From positions 900,001 through 932,000 of the forward strand of contig NC_022349.1 of assembly GCF_000354175.2 (NCBI RefSeq): a DNA stretch of 32,000 nucleotides, read 5' to 3'. Positions 1 through 7,994 of this stretch are shown piece after piece. Numbering within the stretch: position 1 is the stretch's first letter; each line of letters starts with the position of its first letter. The position numbers were made by a program, and so were the translations under genes. The notes under the pieces were generated by a model that saw only the letters and a program-made list of their open reading frames with translations, ran no database searches and was not told where the DNA came from. This DNA comes from Vibrio alginolyticus NBRC 15630 = ATCC 17749 (GTDB lineage: Bacteria; Pseudomonadota; Gammaproteobacteria; Enterobacterales; Vibrionaceae).

Positions 1-405
1 GCCAATATTTTCTGACCACTCGAAATCTATGCGACTCTTATTTTCAGAAATATGCGCGCCTATCTTAACAATGCCTTCCCGGCGCTGATAAAACATCTCA
101 AGCACCACTTCAGCCGCAAAGTGTAGCTTCATTAAGGCGTATCTACGCTTCCAATCAATATTCGTAGTTACAATGTCACCAAGAGTAAAATTTGGAGAGG
201 ATTCCAATGTGTAAATAAGTCGAACACCTAACTTTTGAGCAATCAAAACCGGAATACCATTAATCGTTCCTTCATCACTCTCTTGGCCTCCAGACTCTGC
301 AAAGAAGATAGTCTGGTCCAATTCAACCTTATTTCCGTCTACATTGGTCACTCTTGAGTTAAGTTCTGTTTGGTAGGGATTAACCCAAAATAATTTCTCG
401 CTCAT
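1..405 (-). CDS. AlaX-like alanyl/threonyl-tRNA synthetase editing-domain-related protein, N-terminal ~135 aa only (3' end lies off the window)
   Basis: The frame runs off the left edge, so it is absent from the ORF track. ATG at 405-403 is preceded by AAGGA. My translation is MSEKLFWVNPYQTELNSRV..FFAESGGQESDEG..IDWKRRYALMKLHFAAEVVL, which has the GGQxxDxG and DWxRR..H motif order of AlaX-type proteins. Confidence 0.55.
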   Translation of the reverse strand, partial: MSEKLFWVNPYQTELNSRVTNVDGNKVELDQTIFFAESGGQESDEGTINGIPVLIAQKLGVRLIYTLESSPNFTLGDIVTTNIDWKRRYALMKLHFAAEVVLEMFYQRREGIVKIGAHISENKSRIDFEWSENIG

Positions 406-419
406 GCTGCTATCCTTGC

Positions 420-541
420 AGTAAGTCCTATCCTTGATAGTACATTTAGTGACCACCAAGTCAATTCAAGAAACCTCGCCGTCAAGTGTAAGGCTGTGTA
501 TTGAGTACGAGCAGGCTAGATCTATTAGATGCTTTTAAGGC
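420..541 (-). repeat. Diverged attC (VCR-like) recombination site
   Basis: A 142-bp spacer between same-strand cassette ORFs. Its right end, ctattagatgcttttaagg, resembles the conserved ctcttaaatgctttgttat end of the attC at 6201-6325. Boundaries are approximate. Confidence 0.35.
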
Positions 542-547
542 CGGGTA

Positions 548-1093
548 CTAAACGCTGTCCAGGGGTTTAGCTAACAACCCGTAAATTGCTGAATCTGAGA
601 CTACTCCATTCACTTCCCAACGCTGCCTTAGGAAACCTTCCTTTATAAAACCTAACCGTTCCAAGACTTTACCTGAAGAAGCATTGTCTGGATCTATCTC
701 AGCCTCGATTCGACGTAGATTCAGTGTTTTGAATGCGTGTTCGATTAATGCAGTTCCCGCCTCTAATACAATGCCTTTACCCCAGAAATGACGACTAACG
801 CCAAAGCCAATTTCTGCGCGCCTAGACTCTTTCACGTGATTAAACAGCATTATCTTACCCAGAAGTTGGCCATTGCTCTTTAGGAAGATGCCTAGTGTCA
901 CTTCTGTATTGCTATTCATGGCCTGTGTACTCTTGGCTATAAATGTCCGCGCTTCTTCAATTGAAACCCAAGGGCCAGTGTTCCAATATTTCATGACCTC
1001 ATGGTCTGAGAAGATATCAAACAATTCGCTTGCATCATGTTCAACTAGCTCTCTTAGAATTAATCGTTCCGTTTCAATCTTTGTTACTAACAT
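548..1093 (-). CDS. GNAT family N-acetyltransferase (RimJ/RimL-like)
   Basis: 181-aa ORF. It has the N-terminal ERLILRELxxxD..LFxxxSDxEVMKYW pattern, an acetyl-CoA motif region WGKGI, and ends with a DPDNxxSxKVLERLGF-type motif. Confidence 0.85.
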   Translation of the reverse strand: MLVTKIETERLILRELVEHDASELFDIFSDHEVMKYWNTGPWVSIEEARTFIAKSTQAMNSNTEVTLGIFLKSNGQLLGKIMLFNHVKESRRAEIGFGVSRHFWGKGIVLEAGTALIEHAFKTLNLRRIEAEIDPDNASSGKVLERLGFIKEGFLRQRWEVNGVVSDSAIYGLLAKPLDSV

Positions 1094-1129
1094 TTAGGAG
1101 TCAGCCTTTTGGTTTGTTATTGGTGACGA

Positions 1130-1247
1130 AAATCCAATAAAAGTGTGAGACACGTAATACAAATGATTTCGTGTGAGACTTTTAAACAAGCTCAACGCAC
1201 GGTAAAAGCGCCACGTGTAACGACTCTATATTGAAGCAAATTTTAGA
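1130..1247 (-). repeat. Diverged attC (VCR-like) recombination site
   Basis: aaaagtgtgagacacgtaatac aligns with the conserved ttaaggtgtgagcaacgctaccac. gcgccacgtgtaacgactctatattgaagcaaattttagac aligns with gccacgcgttgcgaatcactcttaaacagtttgttatac. Confidence 0.4.
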
Positions 1248-1346
1248 CATTCAAGTGCGTCAACAAGTAACCGTTGAACGCATCAAAGCTAGGGGTGAGT
1301 TGATCATAAATCCTAAACTCAGGCTCAAAATAGTCCATATACTTTA

Positions 1347-1910
1347 TTATCGCTTAGTGACGATTTCCTTCAGTACTCTGGCTGGGTTACCACCAACAAC
1401 GACATTGTCTCCAAAACTCTTTGTAACGACTGCGCCAGAGGCTACTACCACGTTGTTCCCAAGTGTTACGCCAGGGTTGATTACGGCATGGCCACCTATC
1501 CAACAATTGTCACCAATGTTTATGGGCTTTGCTAGCTCTAAACCACTGTTCCTCTCGATAGGCTCTAAGGGATGAGTCGCAGTATAAATGCCAACTTGCG
1601 GCCCAAGTAAACAGTTATCACCAAACTTAACTTCCGCAACATCCAAAATCACACAACCAAAATTAGCGTAGAAATTATCTCCAACGTGAATGTTGGATCC
1701 GTAGTCGCAATTGAAAGAAGATTCAACATGAATATCGTCACCTGTTGTGCCGAACAAGTGCTTAGTTATTTCAACTCGCTTTTGTTTATGCTCAACAGAG
1801 GTCGCATTCAATTTTTCAGTTAGTAACCTAGCGCTCAACCTTAACTTTAACAACTCTTCATCACTTGGGTCATAAAGCTCACCTGCTAACATTTTCTCTT
1901 TTTCTGACAT
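1347..1910 (-). CDS. maa: Maltose/galactoside O-acetyltransferase (left-handed beta-helix hexapeptide family)
   Basis: 187 aa. Near-colinear with E. coli Maa as I remember it: MSxEKEKMxAGELY.., FxCDYGxNIxxGxNFxANFxCVxLDV, YTATHPxxPxxRNSG.ELxKPxxIGxNxWIGGxAVINPGVTxGxNVVVASGAVVTK..NVVVGGNPAR. Confidence 0.9.
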   Translation of the reverse strand: MSEKEKMLAGELYDPSDEELLKLRLSARLLTEKLNATSVEHKQKRVEITKHLFGTTGDDIHVESSFNCDYGSNIHVGDNFYANFGCVILDVAEVKFGDNCLLGPQVGIYTATHPLEPIERNSGLELAKPINIGDNCWIGGHAVINPGVTLGNNVVVASGAVVTKSFGDNVVVGGNPARVLKEIVTKR

Positions 1911-1937
1911 AAAACTTGGACTCCAATACCAATTTTC

Positions 1938-2057
1938 TTACAACGCTACATTCAGTACGTGAGTAACGCTACCACCTAAGCAAGGCTGCTCCACCACGAA
2001 AACAAAGCCCGACTTGAACGCAAGTCCTCAGCGCTATCAATTTTTTCAACAAGTTAG
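1938..2057 (-). repeat. Diverged attC (VCR-like) recombination site
   Basis: acaacgctacattcagtacgtgagtaacgctaccac parallels ataacgccctgttaaggggtgagcaacgcaatacc. The right end is caacaagttag. The stop codon of the upstream cassette ORF (2054-2056) lies inside it. Confidence 0.5.
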
Positions 2058-2467
2058 TGAACTACCACCACCGTTCTCACTAACTTATCACCGAGCCGTT
2101 GCCTCTTTTTACCAAGAATGAAAATTGAGTCAATAAAACCTAAGAATGGAGTAATAACATTTCGAAAGAGCGACTGAAAAATATTGCACTTTTTACCCGT
2201 TCTTGCACTTATAACTGCAATGCCCAAAAGTTTTTTACCCACACTTTGACCATTTGGTAAACAATCAGAAAAAAGGTAATACGATACAGTCGCAGTTACT
2301 GCTGTAGCGCGCACAAGCTCTTTTTCAATACCGATTTCTAAGCCGACCCATAAAACGAGAGTAAAAATGCTAAAACTGACAAAAAGATCAATCATTTGTC
2401 CAACACACCTAACTCCCGGACTAGCCAAAACGTAATTTTCTAGAGTAAATTTTTCTGCATTTTTCAT
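2054..2467 (-). CDS. RDD family membrane protein
   Basis: 137 aa. An N-terminal R..xxIDLxxxF motif is followed by two hydrophobic helices and a C-terminal RLGDKLVRTVVV, the typical RDD-family xxDxxxxTxVV ending. Confidence 0.7.
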   Translation of the reverse strand: MKNAEKFTLENYVLASPGVRCVGQMIDLFVSFSIFTLVLWVGLEIGIEKELVRATAVTATVSYYLFSDCLPNGQSVGKKLLGIAVISARTGKKCNIFQSLFRNVITPFLGFIDSIFILGKKRQRLGDKLVRTVVVVH

Positions 2468-2478
2468 TTTAAAATTTG

Positions 2479-2612
2479 GACTAACAATTGCTTATTGGTG
2501 AACTAACATTATTGAGACAGTAACATCCCCACTAAACCTAATCCATACTTCCGCAGAGCACGGTCGAACCTAATTTTTCTATCTTTTCAATATATTACCA
2601 AGCTCGTTCTAA
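2479..2612 (-). repeat. Diverged attC-like site
   Basis: A 141-bp spacer of the same length class as its neighbours. The left end ggactaacaattgcttattggtgaactaac parallels the tataacgccctgttaaggggtgagcaac layout, and the right end is cgttctaaag. Weak sequence identity. Confidence 0.3.
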
Positions 2613-3217
2613 AGGCTAGATTGGTAATATTTCAACATCTCTTCTTGATTAAGCGCTTTACTTTCTAACTTTTGTTGATCTTTAAAGATTTGAGCTAATG
2701 AAGGGAGAATTGAGCGATTTACTTTATAGTCATCAGACCAAAGTTTCCCTCTCATCACCGCTTTCGCACAATGAAAGTACATACTCTCTATGACTATTTT
2801 GATAACAACCTTAGGATCTTTACTTCCATCGGGGCAAGCAGATATCAAGTTGGCGTCGGTGTGAATACTTGCGATTCCTTTAATACGGAGCACTTCATCA
2901 ATACCATTTACCATCAATAACAACCCTACCTTGGGGTTACTAATGATATTTTTTAGACTATCTATACGATTGTTCCCCGAGCTATCAGGGAGCAACAATG
3001 TTGATTCATCTAAAACTTTTACGAAGCCAGGCTCCCCTCCTTTAGGAGAGAGATCGATATACCCTTGTGAATCAGCGGTACTTAGAACTGCAAAATGGCA
3101 ATTATTAATTAATGTAATCGCATGAACATCCAGCACAGGCAGCGCTTTATTTTTAGCTCTCGCACTTGGCTCTGCGTAAATTTCTTTTAACTGCTCTATT
3201 GTTTTAATTTCACTCAT
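2609..3217 (-). CDS. Pyridoxamine 5'-phosphate oxidase (PPOX)-class FMN-binding flavoprotein (MSMEG_1061-like family)
   Basis: 202 aa. Family-typical string: AVLSTADSQGYIDLSPKGGEPGFVKVLDESTLLLPDSSGNNRIDSLKNIISNPKVGLLLMV.G..EVLRIKG...HCAKAVMRGKLW. Confidence 0.8.
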   Translation of the reverse strand: MSEIKTIEQLKEIYAEPSARAKNKALPVLDVHAITLINNCHFAVLSTADSQGYIDLSPKGGEPGFVKVLDESTLLLPDSSGNNRIDSLKNIISNPKVGLLLMVNGIDEVLRIKGIASIHTDANLISACPDGSKDPKVVIKIVIESMYFHCAKAVMRGKLWSDDYKVNRSILPSLAQIFKDQQKLESKALNQEEMLKYYQSSL

Positions 3218-3239
3218 TCAATGTTGTTCCTTCACTATC

Positions 3240-3354
3240 GTATAATGCTTTGCTTGTAGGCAAGCAGTAACTCTGACTTCTTGTATAGGCACTAGACCTA
3301 ACTCATCGTAAAAATACTACGAGTACAAGTTATCTCTTTAATGCCTTGTTATCT
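3240..3354 (-). repeat. Diverged attC (VCR-like) recombination site
   Basis: The left end is tataatgctttgcttgtaggcaagcagtaac. The right end ctttaatgccttgttatc is close to the conserved cttaaatgctttgttatac. Confidence 0.45.
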
Positions 3355-3360
3355 AAAGAT

Positions 3361-3762
3361 TTAAAGTTTTTCACTAAACTCCCCACACTGCTTACACTTA
3401 TAACCATGCTTGTAAAAAAACAGTGGAAAACCCAGTAAAATAAAAACTAAGAAAGCTGGGCGTTTACCTTTTGTAAATGCAAATAGATCTTTACTACCAC
3501 ATTTAGGGCAAACGTCTTTTTCTTCATCAACGTCAACTTCATTTCCCAATGATTCTGAGAAATCGCTACTAAGTATTTGTTTCGCATCTTCTGCATCACT
3601 TTCGGCCACCATCAGACGGACGCCGCCAATTGCATTTGAATAAAGCCACTGAGTATTTACCGTGTGCTCGTCAGCGATGTAACTTTCTATTCCGACACTA
3701 TCTAGGCTTGCTCTCGCAATATGAGCTTCATGAGGAAAAGAAAACCTTGCTACTACAATCAC
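3361..3762 (-). CDS. DUF2007-like (putative signal-transducing) domain protein with C-terminal CxxC..CxxC zinc ribbon flanking a TM segment
   Basis: 133 aa. N-terminus VVARFSFPHEAHIARASLDSVGIESYIADEH..GGVRLMV..SDAEDAKQIL matches the DUF2007 pattern. It is followed by CPKCGS, a hydrophobic stretch, then CKQCG. Confidence 0.6.
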   Translation of the reverse strand: MIVVARFSFPHEAHIARASLDSVGIESYIADEHTVNTQWLYSNAIGGVRLMVAESDAEDAKQILSSDFSESLGNEVDVDEEKDVCPKCGSKDLFAFTKGKRPAFLVFILLGFPLFFYKHGYKCKQCGEFSEKL

Positions 3763-3796
3763 ATATTACTCCTTGTGGGAAAGCGCTCCCGTAAGG

Positions 3797-3857
3797 TATA
3801 AGAAACGCTAATTGGAAATGCCACGTGTAGTATTTCTTTTTGAACAATTTATTAGCC
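3797..3857 (-). repeat. Short attC-like site (~60 bp)
   Basis: tataagaaacgctaattgg...tagtatttctttttgaacaatttattagcc. It has inverted aagaaa/tttctt arms and a gaacaatttattag end resembling gaacagtttgttat. Confidence 0.35.
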
Positions 3858-3866
3858 CACTACAGA

Positions 3867-4388
3867 CTAATACATATACCCTAACCAATCTATATGACCA
3901 ACAGCCCAAGTTTTACCGCTGATAGGTTTAACATATAAATCATCTAGTTGCTCTACAGCGACACCGTAATTTTTATGTTCGTGAACTCGCAACCAAGAAC
4001 TTAGAGAGTTAAGGCGCATATAACCATTAGCCACATAAAAACGCTCCAAATCGGAGACTAAAATGATGAAGTCGACATCTTTAGTGGACGCATACTCGCT
4101 GAGTTGAGACAACATTTTTGTGCCAATACCTTGTCTTTGAACTGTGCTCTCGACACAAAAGTCACTCACACCTAATACTTTATAAATTTCATCACCAACG
4201 CGAACAACTCTGTAGTCTAATCCCATGTAACCAACTAACTGATCACCTTCGTAATTCAGAACTCTCATATGCGGGAGTTGCTTATAGTAAGAGCGAGTAA
4301 CTTGATGTTCAGGAAACGACTGGTTTCTAAGAGCTTCAATTGCATTATGCTGCGCTTTAGATAATTCGATTTCTGGGTAAATATCCAT
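3867..4388 (-). CDS. GNAT family N-acetyltransferase
   Basis: 173 aa. Acetyl-CoA-binding motif A is VQRQGIGTKML, preceded by a beta-strand pattern LVGYMGLDYRVV. Confidence 0.8.
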   Translation of the reverse strand: MDIYPEIELSKAQHNAIEALRNQSFPEHQVTRSYYKQLPHMRVLNYEGDQLVGYMGLDYRVVRVGDEIYKVLGVSDFCVESTVQRQGIGTKMLSQLSEYASTKDVDFIILVSDLERFYVANGYMRLNSLSSWLRVHEHKNYGVAVEQLDDLYVKPISGKTWAVGHIDWLGYMY

Positions 4389-4538
4389 ATTTGACCTTTG
4401 AGTATTAATGACCTTTTGGTTACGATCCCTGTCGTTGAGTTTAACTCCGAGCGTGTCCTAACCTTGTGGGACATTGACAAATAACATAGAGTTTCTCAAA
4501 ACACTACTTACAACATTTTTACTGCAAACCAATCGAAG

Positions 4539-5135
4539 TTGCTTAAGAACAAACACTACTTCATAGCAATGCCTACGGACCAAGCATTTGCAGCTTCTTA
4601 CCCACACCCTATTCCGCCATCTGGAATTATTTTAATTACACAACGTGGGTACTCAATGTTGGTAAAAGCATTTACCGATGATTTTTCATGGCAAGTCCAA
4701 GAACAATTGGCAGATGCATATTTCGAAGCACAGAGAGTACTATCATCGGCGGAGCAACTATTAAACCAAGCTAATTTGCTAGTTCAACATGACCAACGAA
4801 TTAACAACTTAGAAAAGGCTCAGTTAAATACACAAGCTCACATTTCTAGAACAAATGCCGAAGTTACAAAAGCCAATCAAAAAGCCGACGATGCATTTAA
4901 AGCGGCAAATGCTGCATTAGAGCATAAATTTGGAGATAAGGATTATTACACAGTTATCGCTTATTGTAACTCTAAAAATATCCCAATCATTCTGACCTTA
5001 GCAAAAGCTAAAGGTTTGGAAGCTAGAGCTTACACCCAAAAAATTGGAGGTAAGATCAATAAAGTTCCTGATGAACGTTGGGGACAAGTAAATGCGTATC
5101 ATATTGCAGTTTTAGACCACGTTTTTAAACAGTGA
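4539..5135 (+). CDS. Phage antirepressor-like protein (tail of a Bro-N-type domain plus ORF6C-type C-terminal domain), possibly 5'-truncated. It is the only cassette ORF on the + strand.
   Basis: 198 aa with a TTG start (first ATG at 4569). ILITQRGYSMLVKAF..W resembles the end of Bro-N/ORF6N domains. A central coiled-coil segment is followed by YYTVIAYCN..GL.ARAYTQKIGGKINKVPDERWGQVNAYHIAVLDHVF, which matches the ORF6C pattern (Y.TI..YA...lG..as..c...g.....v.D.R.G.VN.Y...vL...F). Confidence 0.5.
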   Translation: MLKNKHYFIAMPTDQAFAASYPHPIPPSGIILITQRGYSMLVKAFTDDFSWQVQEQLADAYFEAQRVLSSAEQLLNQANLLVQHDQRINNLEKAQLNTQAHISRTNAEVTKANQKADDAFKAANAALEHKFGDKDYYTVIAYCNSKNIPIILTLAKAKGLEARAYTQKIGGKINKVPDERWGQVNAYHIAVLDHVFKQ

Positions 5136-5144
5136 TTTATATCG

Positions 5145-5166
5145 GGAGTCCTCTGCTGAGGGCTCC
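5145..5166 (+). terminator. Weak stem-loop after the + strand cassette ORF
   Basis: ggagtcctc-tgct-gagggctcc (9-bp stem with one mismatch). There is no T-tract, so it is only a possible terminator. Confidence 0.3.
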
Positions 5167-5180
5167 AATTCCCCGTAATA

Positions 5181-5305
5181 AGGCTAACGCCCAGCTAAGG
5201 GGTGAGCAACGCAATACAAAAGCCGCCGCAAGCCGCCTTAATCACTAAAATCAACGCATGGTGAAAATGACACGCGTTGCGAATCCCTCTTGAACAGTTT
5301 GTTAT
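5181..5305 (-). repeat. attC (VCR-like), conserved copy 1
   Basis: ctaacgcccagctaaggggtgagcaacgcaatac...acgcgttgcgaatccctcttgaacagtttgttat. The internal arms gttaagggg-tgagcaacgc and gcgttgcga-atccctcttgaac are imperfect inverted repeats, as in V. cholerae VCRs. Confidence 0.85.
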
Positions 5306-5335
5306 GTGCGTACTTACGTTATGCACCAAACTGTT

Positions 5336-5717
5336 TTATACGCTTAGCGCCAATAAAAACTGATACTTACTTTGTTGAAGTAAGTCTAAATGGCGCTCAA
5401 ACATGGGTACGCCATTGGATAAAGAAAGGGGGTAGACGAGTCCATTACCGACATACACCCCAACGTGTGCTCCGTATGAGTCAGTAGAGTCGTTGTACAT
5501 CATGATATCTAGCGGCTTAAACTCAGTGACCACCTCACTCATCCCACCATTCACTAGAACGGTAGTTAGGTGGATTTAAACCGAAGTCTCTGAGCAGGTT
5601 ATAAGCAAAGACCTGACAGTTAGCTCCAAGCGTTAAGTCTGAATCATCTTTGCAACCCGGAATGCGGGATGAAGCGTATCTTACATTTTTGAATCTGTCG
5701 GGAATATCCATTTCCAT
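5336..5717 (-). pseudogene. NlpC/P60-like (C40 papain-fold) hydrolase cassette gene split by a frameshift
   Basis: Track ORFs 5535-5780 and 5336-5554 overlap in different frames. Together they read MEMDIPDRF..GANCQVFAYNLLRDFG (catalytic Cys context), then ..FKPLDIMMYN..YGAHVGVYVG (His context). The likely true start is ATG 5717, with GGAGA upstream. The track start at 5780 lies inside the attC. Confidence 0.55.
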
Positions 5718-5732
5718 TTTCTCCCAAAGCAC

Positions 5733-5856
5733 ATAACGCCCTGTTAAGGGGTGAGCAACGCAATACCAATGCCGCCGCATACCACCTTAATCACTTAAAC
5801 CAACGCATAGTGAAGATGCCACGCGTTGCGAATCCCTCTTGAACAGTTTGTTAACT
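5733..5856 (-). repeat. attC (VCR-like), conserved copy 2
   Basis: ataacgccctgttaaggggtgagcaacgcaataccaatgccgccgcataccaccttaatcac...acgcgttgcgaatccctcttgaacagtttgttaac. Confidence 0.9.
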
Positions 5857-6200
5857 GAGCGCCTTTCAGTTTTCGCCGATTTTTCAGCCACTTTCGCCAA
5901 AGCTCGTTTTGCTAATTAATGATTAGCAAAGCTAACTCAAATATGTGTTTAACAAAAAAATTACCGTTGATCTTTAGTTTGAAATGCGTCTCACAACACC
6001 ATACTTCGGCGATGTAAGTGCGCCGAACTAATCGCGAACGCCTTATATTATTAGAAGGCTTTATGCCGCCTTTCACATCAGTAAGCTTAAGTACCAAACT
6101 GAAATTAGTCGCATTACCTCAGCTAAGGAAACCGACCGAACACGCTAAACCTCCGAACCTAGAAACCGTATCAATGTGCTTTCGTATTTTCTGTGCCAGT

Positions 6201-6325
6201 TAACGCCGCATTAAGGTGTGAGCAACGCTACCACAAAACTAAACCATACCACCGTAAACACAAAACCCAACGATGGAATGAAAAATTTCATGCGTTGGGA
6301 ATCACTCTTAAATGCTTTGTTATAC
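6201..6325 (-). repeat. attC (VCR-like), conserved copy 3 (most diverged of the five)
   Basis: taacgccgcattaaggtgtgagcaacgctaccac...catgcgttgggaatcactcttaaatgctttgttatac. Confidence 0.85.
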
Positions 6326-6348
6326 AACAGATTTTGTTAGTCCAGATT

Positions 6349-7461
6349 TTATTTTTTTAGTTTGGTTGCACTCACCTTTAGGATTCGTTTTCTTTGAGCC
6401 GACCAAAGGTTATTCTTCAGAATCTTACCTGACATATATAAATCATTTTTACTAACAATCAAAACTGCGCTTTCCAAAGATTTCTCCGAGGATAAAAGTT
6501 CAATTACCGTATCAGTGTATATATCCCAACCAATTGGTCTAAACAGTAGATGACCGCCATCATGATTGTTTCTGTATTTTTCTATGTCTTGACCCTCCTT
6601 ATAGTCGGATAAACTTTTAACATTAGAAAAAGTAATTTCATAAAATGATTTAATAAATTCGAACAATTCATTCTCTTGTTCGTCTGTGATTTTTACTTTT
6701 TCAATCTCACTAATCTTACAGTCTAATTTGAAGGATAAGAGCTTTTGTACACAATCAAAAATATTACCTAACGATGTTACATTAGTTTTATCTCTTAATG
6801 GTCCAACACTAAACGCCACATTGTTTTCATTTAGGCATTTACTTTCTTCTACTATTCGTCGAGTGATGCAAGCCGCTATATCATCCTCATCCAATGCTAT
6901 GATTGCATCTTTTTTAACCAGCTTGGCCTTTTTACTTAGGGTTGTGAATAATCTACGAGACTTCTTAATACCTGACTTCGTATTTCTATGTGTAACAATA
7001 ATGACACTGAGCTGCTCAAAGCCAATATCTTCGTTGTTCTCTACAGCTTTTTTTATGCCTGACAAACGGTGTTGACCGTCTAGTGCAAACATTTTTTCTT
7101 CTTTGGTCAATGAAAGAAAACCAAGGCATTCGCGAGCATAGTCTGGCATTTCCAATAACTCAGCTTCTTTGCTATTTGGCTCAATTCGTGTGAAGTCATG
7201 CCATTGAGGATCACCATCATATATTGCGACAACGAGAGAATTAAAAAAGTGGTCTGGATTGCTTATTAAATAATCTCCAATTTCGACTGCTCGCTCATCT
7301 TCGAGGTTCCTTTGAATCATCTCAGATAACTTTTCACTTGTGTGCAAATCTGTTGCAAAGTTTATTAGCTCACTAATGTCTTTTAGCTGCATTAGACAAG
7401 TGTAAGTGTCCCAAGTACCCATTTTTCCCCTACGACAAGGGATTACTAACTTCTTACTCAT
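6349..7461 (-). CDS. DGQHR domain protein (DndB/DpdB-like, ParB/sulfiredoxin-fold)
   Basis: 370 aa. It carries the literal signature FALDGQHRLSGI, preceded by QRNLEDERAVEIGDYL (the QRxLxxxRxxxIxxYL motif of DndB-type proteins). Its ATG overlaps the upstream stop as ATGA (7458-7461). Confidence 0.8.
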   Translation of the reverse strand: MSKKLVIPCRRGKMGTWDTYTCLMQLKDISELINFATDLHTSEKLSEMIQRNLEDERAVEIGDYLISNPDHFFNSLVVAIYDGDPQWHDFTRIEPNSKEAELLEMPDYARECLGFLSLTKEEKMFALDGQHRLSGIKKAVENNEDIGFEQLSVIIVTHRNTKSGIKKSRRLFTTLSKKAKLVKKDAIIALDEDDIAACITRRIVEESKCLNENNVAFSVGPLRDKTNVTSLGNIFDCVQKLLSFKLDCKISEIEKVKITDEQENELFEFIKSFYEITFSNVKSLSDYKEGQDIEKYRNNHDGGHLLFRPIGWDIYTDTVIELLSSEKSLESAVLIVSKNDLYMSGKILKNNLWSAQRKRILKVSATKLKK

Positions 7462-7994
7462 AGGATGCTTGCTCCTTTTAACAAGTCTCTTACTTCTACC
7501 AAAAAATCATTCGTGTTATATGGTGGTATGAAAATTGTAGTCAACTGTTCTTCAATGTCACCCGTAGATACACCATTTGGTACCTCAGCATAGTGGTATG
7601 TCAAATGTCCAGCCCAAAGATTTAACATTCTATGAATTTTAGGTCTAGATTGAACTCTCGCTTCTCTAATATAATCTCTATAGCGCTTTTTAATTGTATT
7701 ATTGCTTGTTGTATCTCCCGCTTTACCAACGTAAAGAATATAAGAATTACTCGGTAAACTTCCATGTTCAACGTTAATCGAGAATGCATAGACACCCTGA
7801 TGATCTGGTAGATTAGGGGACGGCTCATTAAACTTGATTGTATTCCACACTAAGTCCGGCAATTCGTCTTTTTTACGAATAAAGCTAGGGCAAAGAACAA
7901 ATTCCCTTCTATATTTCGATATATACGCTAGGCGTTTGTCATCCTGGGATTGCTCTTCAATATCTTGATCAAGAACATCATAAAATTCACTCAT
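7458..7994 (-). CDS. GIY-YIG superfamily nuclease-domain protein
   Basis: 178 aa. Ordered motifs are GVYAF (GIY), 14 aa, ILYVGKA (YIG), KKRYRDY (conserved Arg), and IEEQLTTIFIPPYN (E....P.YN as in UvrC/Slx1-type domains). It is the first gene of a 2-gene cassette. Confidence 0.75.
   Translation of the reverse strand: MSEFYDVLDQDIEEQSQDDKRLAYISKYRREFVLCPSFIRKKDELPDLVWNTIKFNEPSPNLPDHQGVYAFSINVEHGSLPSNSYILYVGKAGDTTSNNTIKKRYRDYIREARVQSRPKIHRMLNLWAGHLTYHYAEVPNGVSTGDIEEQLTTIFIPPYNTNDFLVEVRDLLKGASIL

Noticed and set aside
5718-5780. The upstream extension of ORF 5535-5780 (MRRHWYCVAHPLTGRYVLWEK..) taken as the real N-terminus.
   Set aside because: These codons are simply the reverse translation of the conserved attC (gcggcattggtattgcgttgctcaccccttaacagggcgttat). 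The same 'peptide' would appear at every attC copy.
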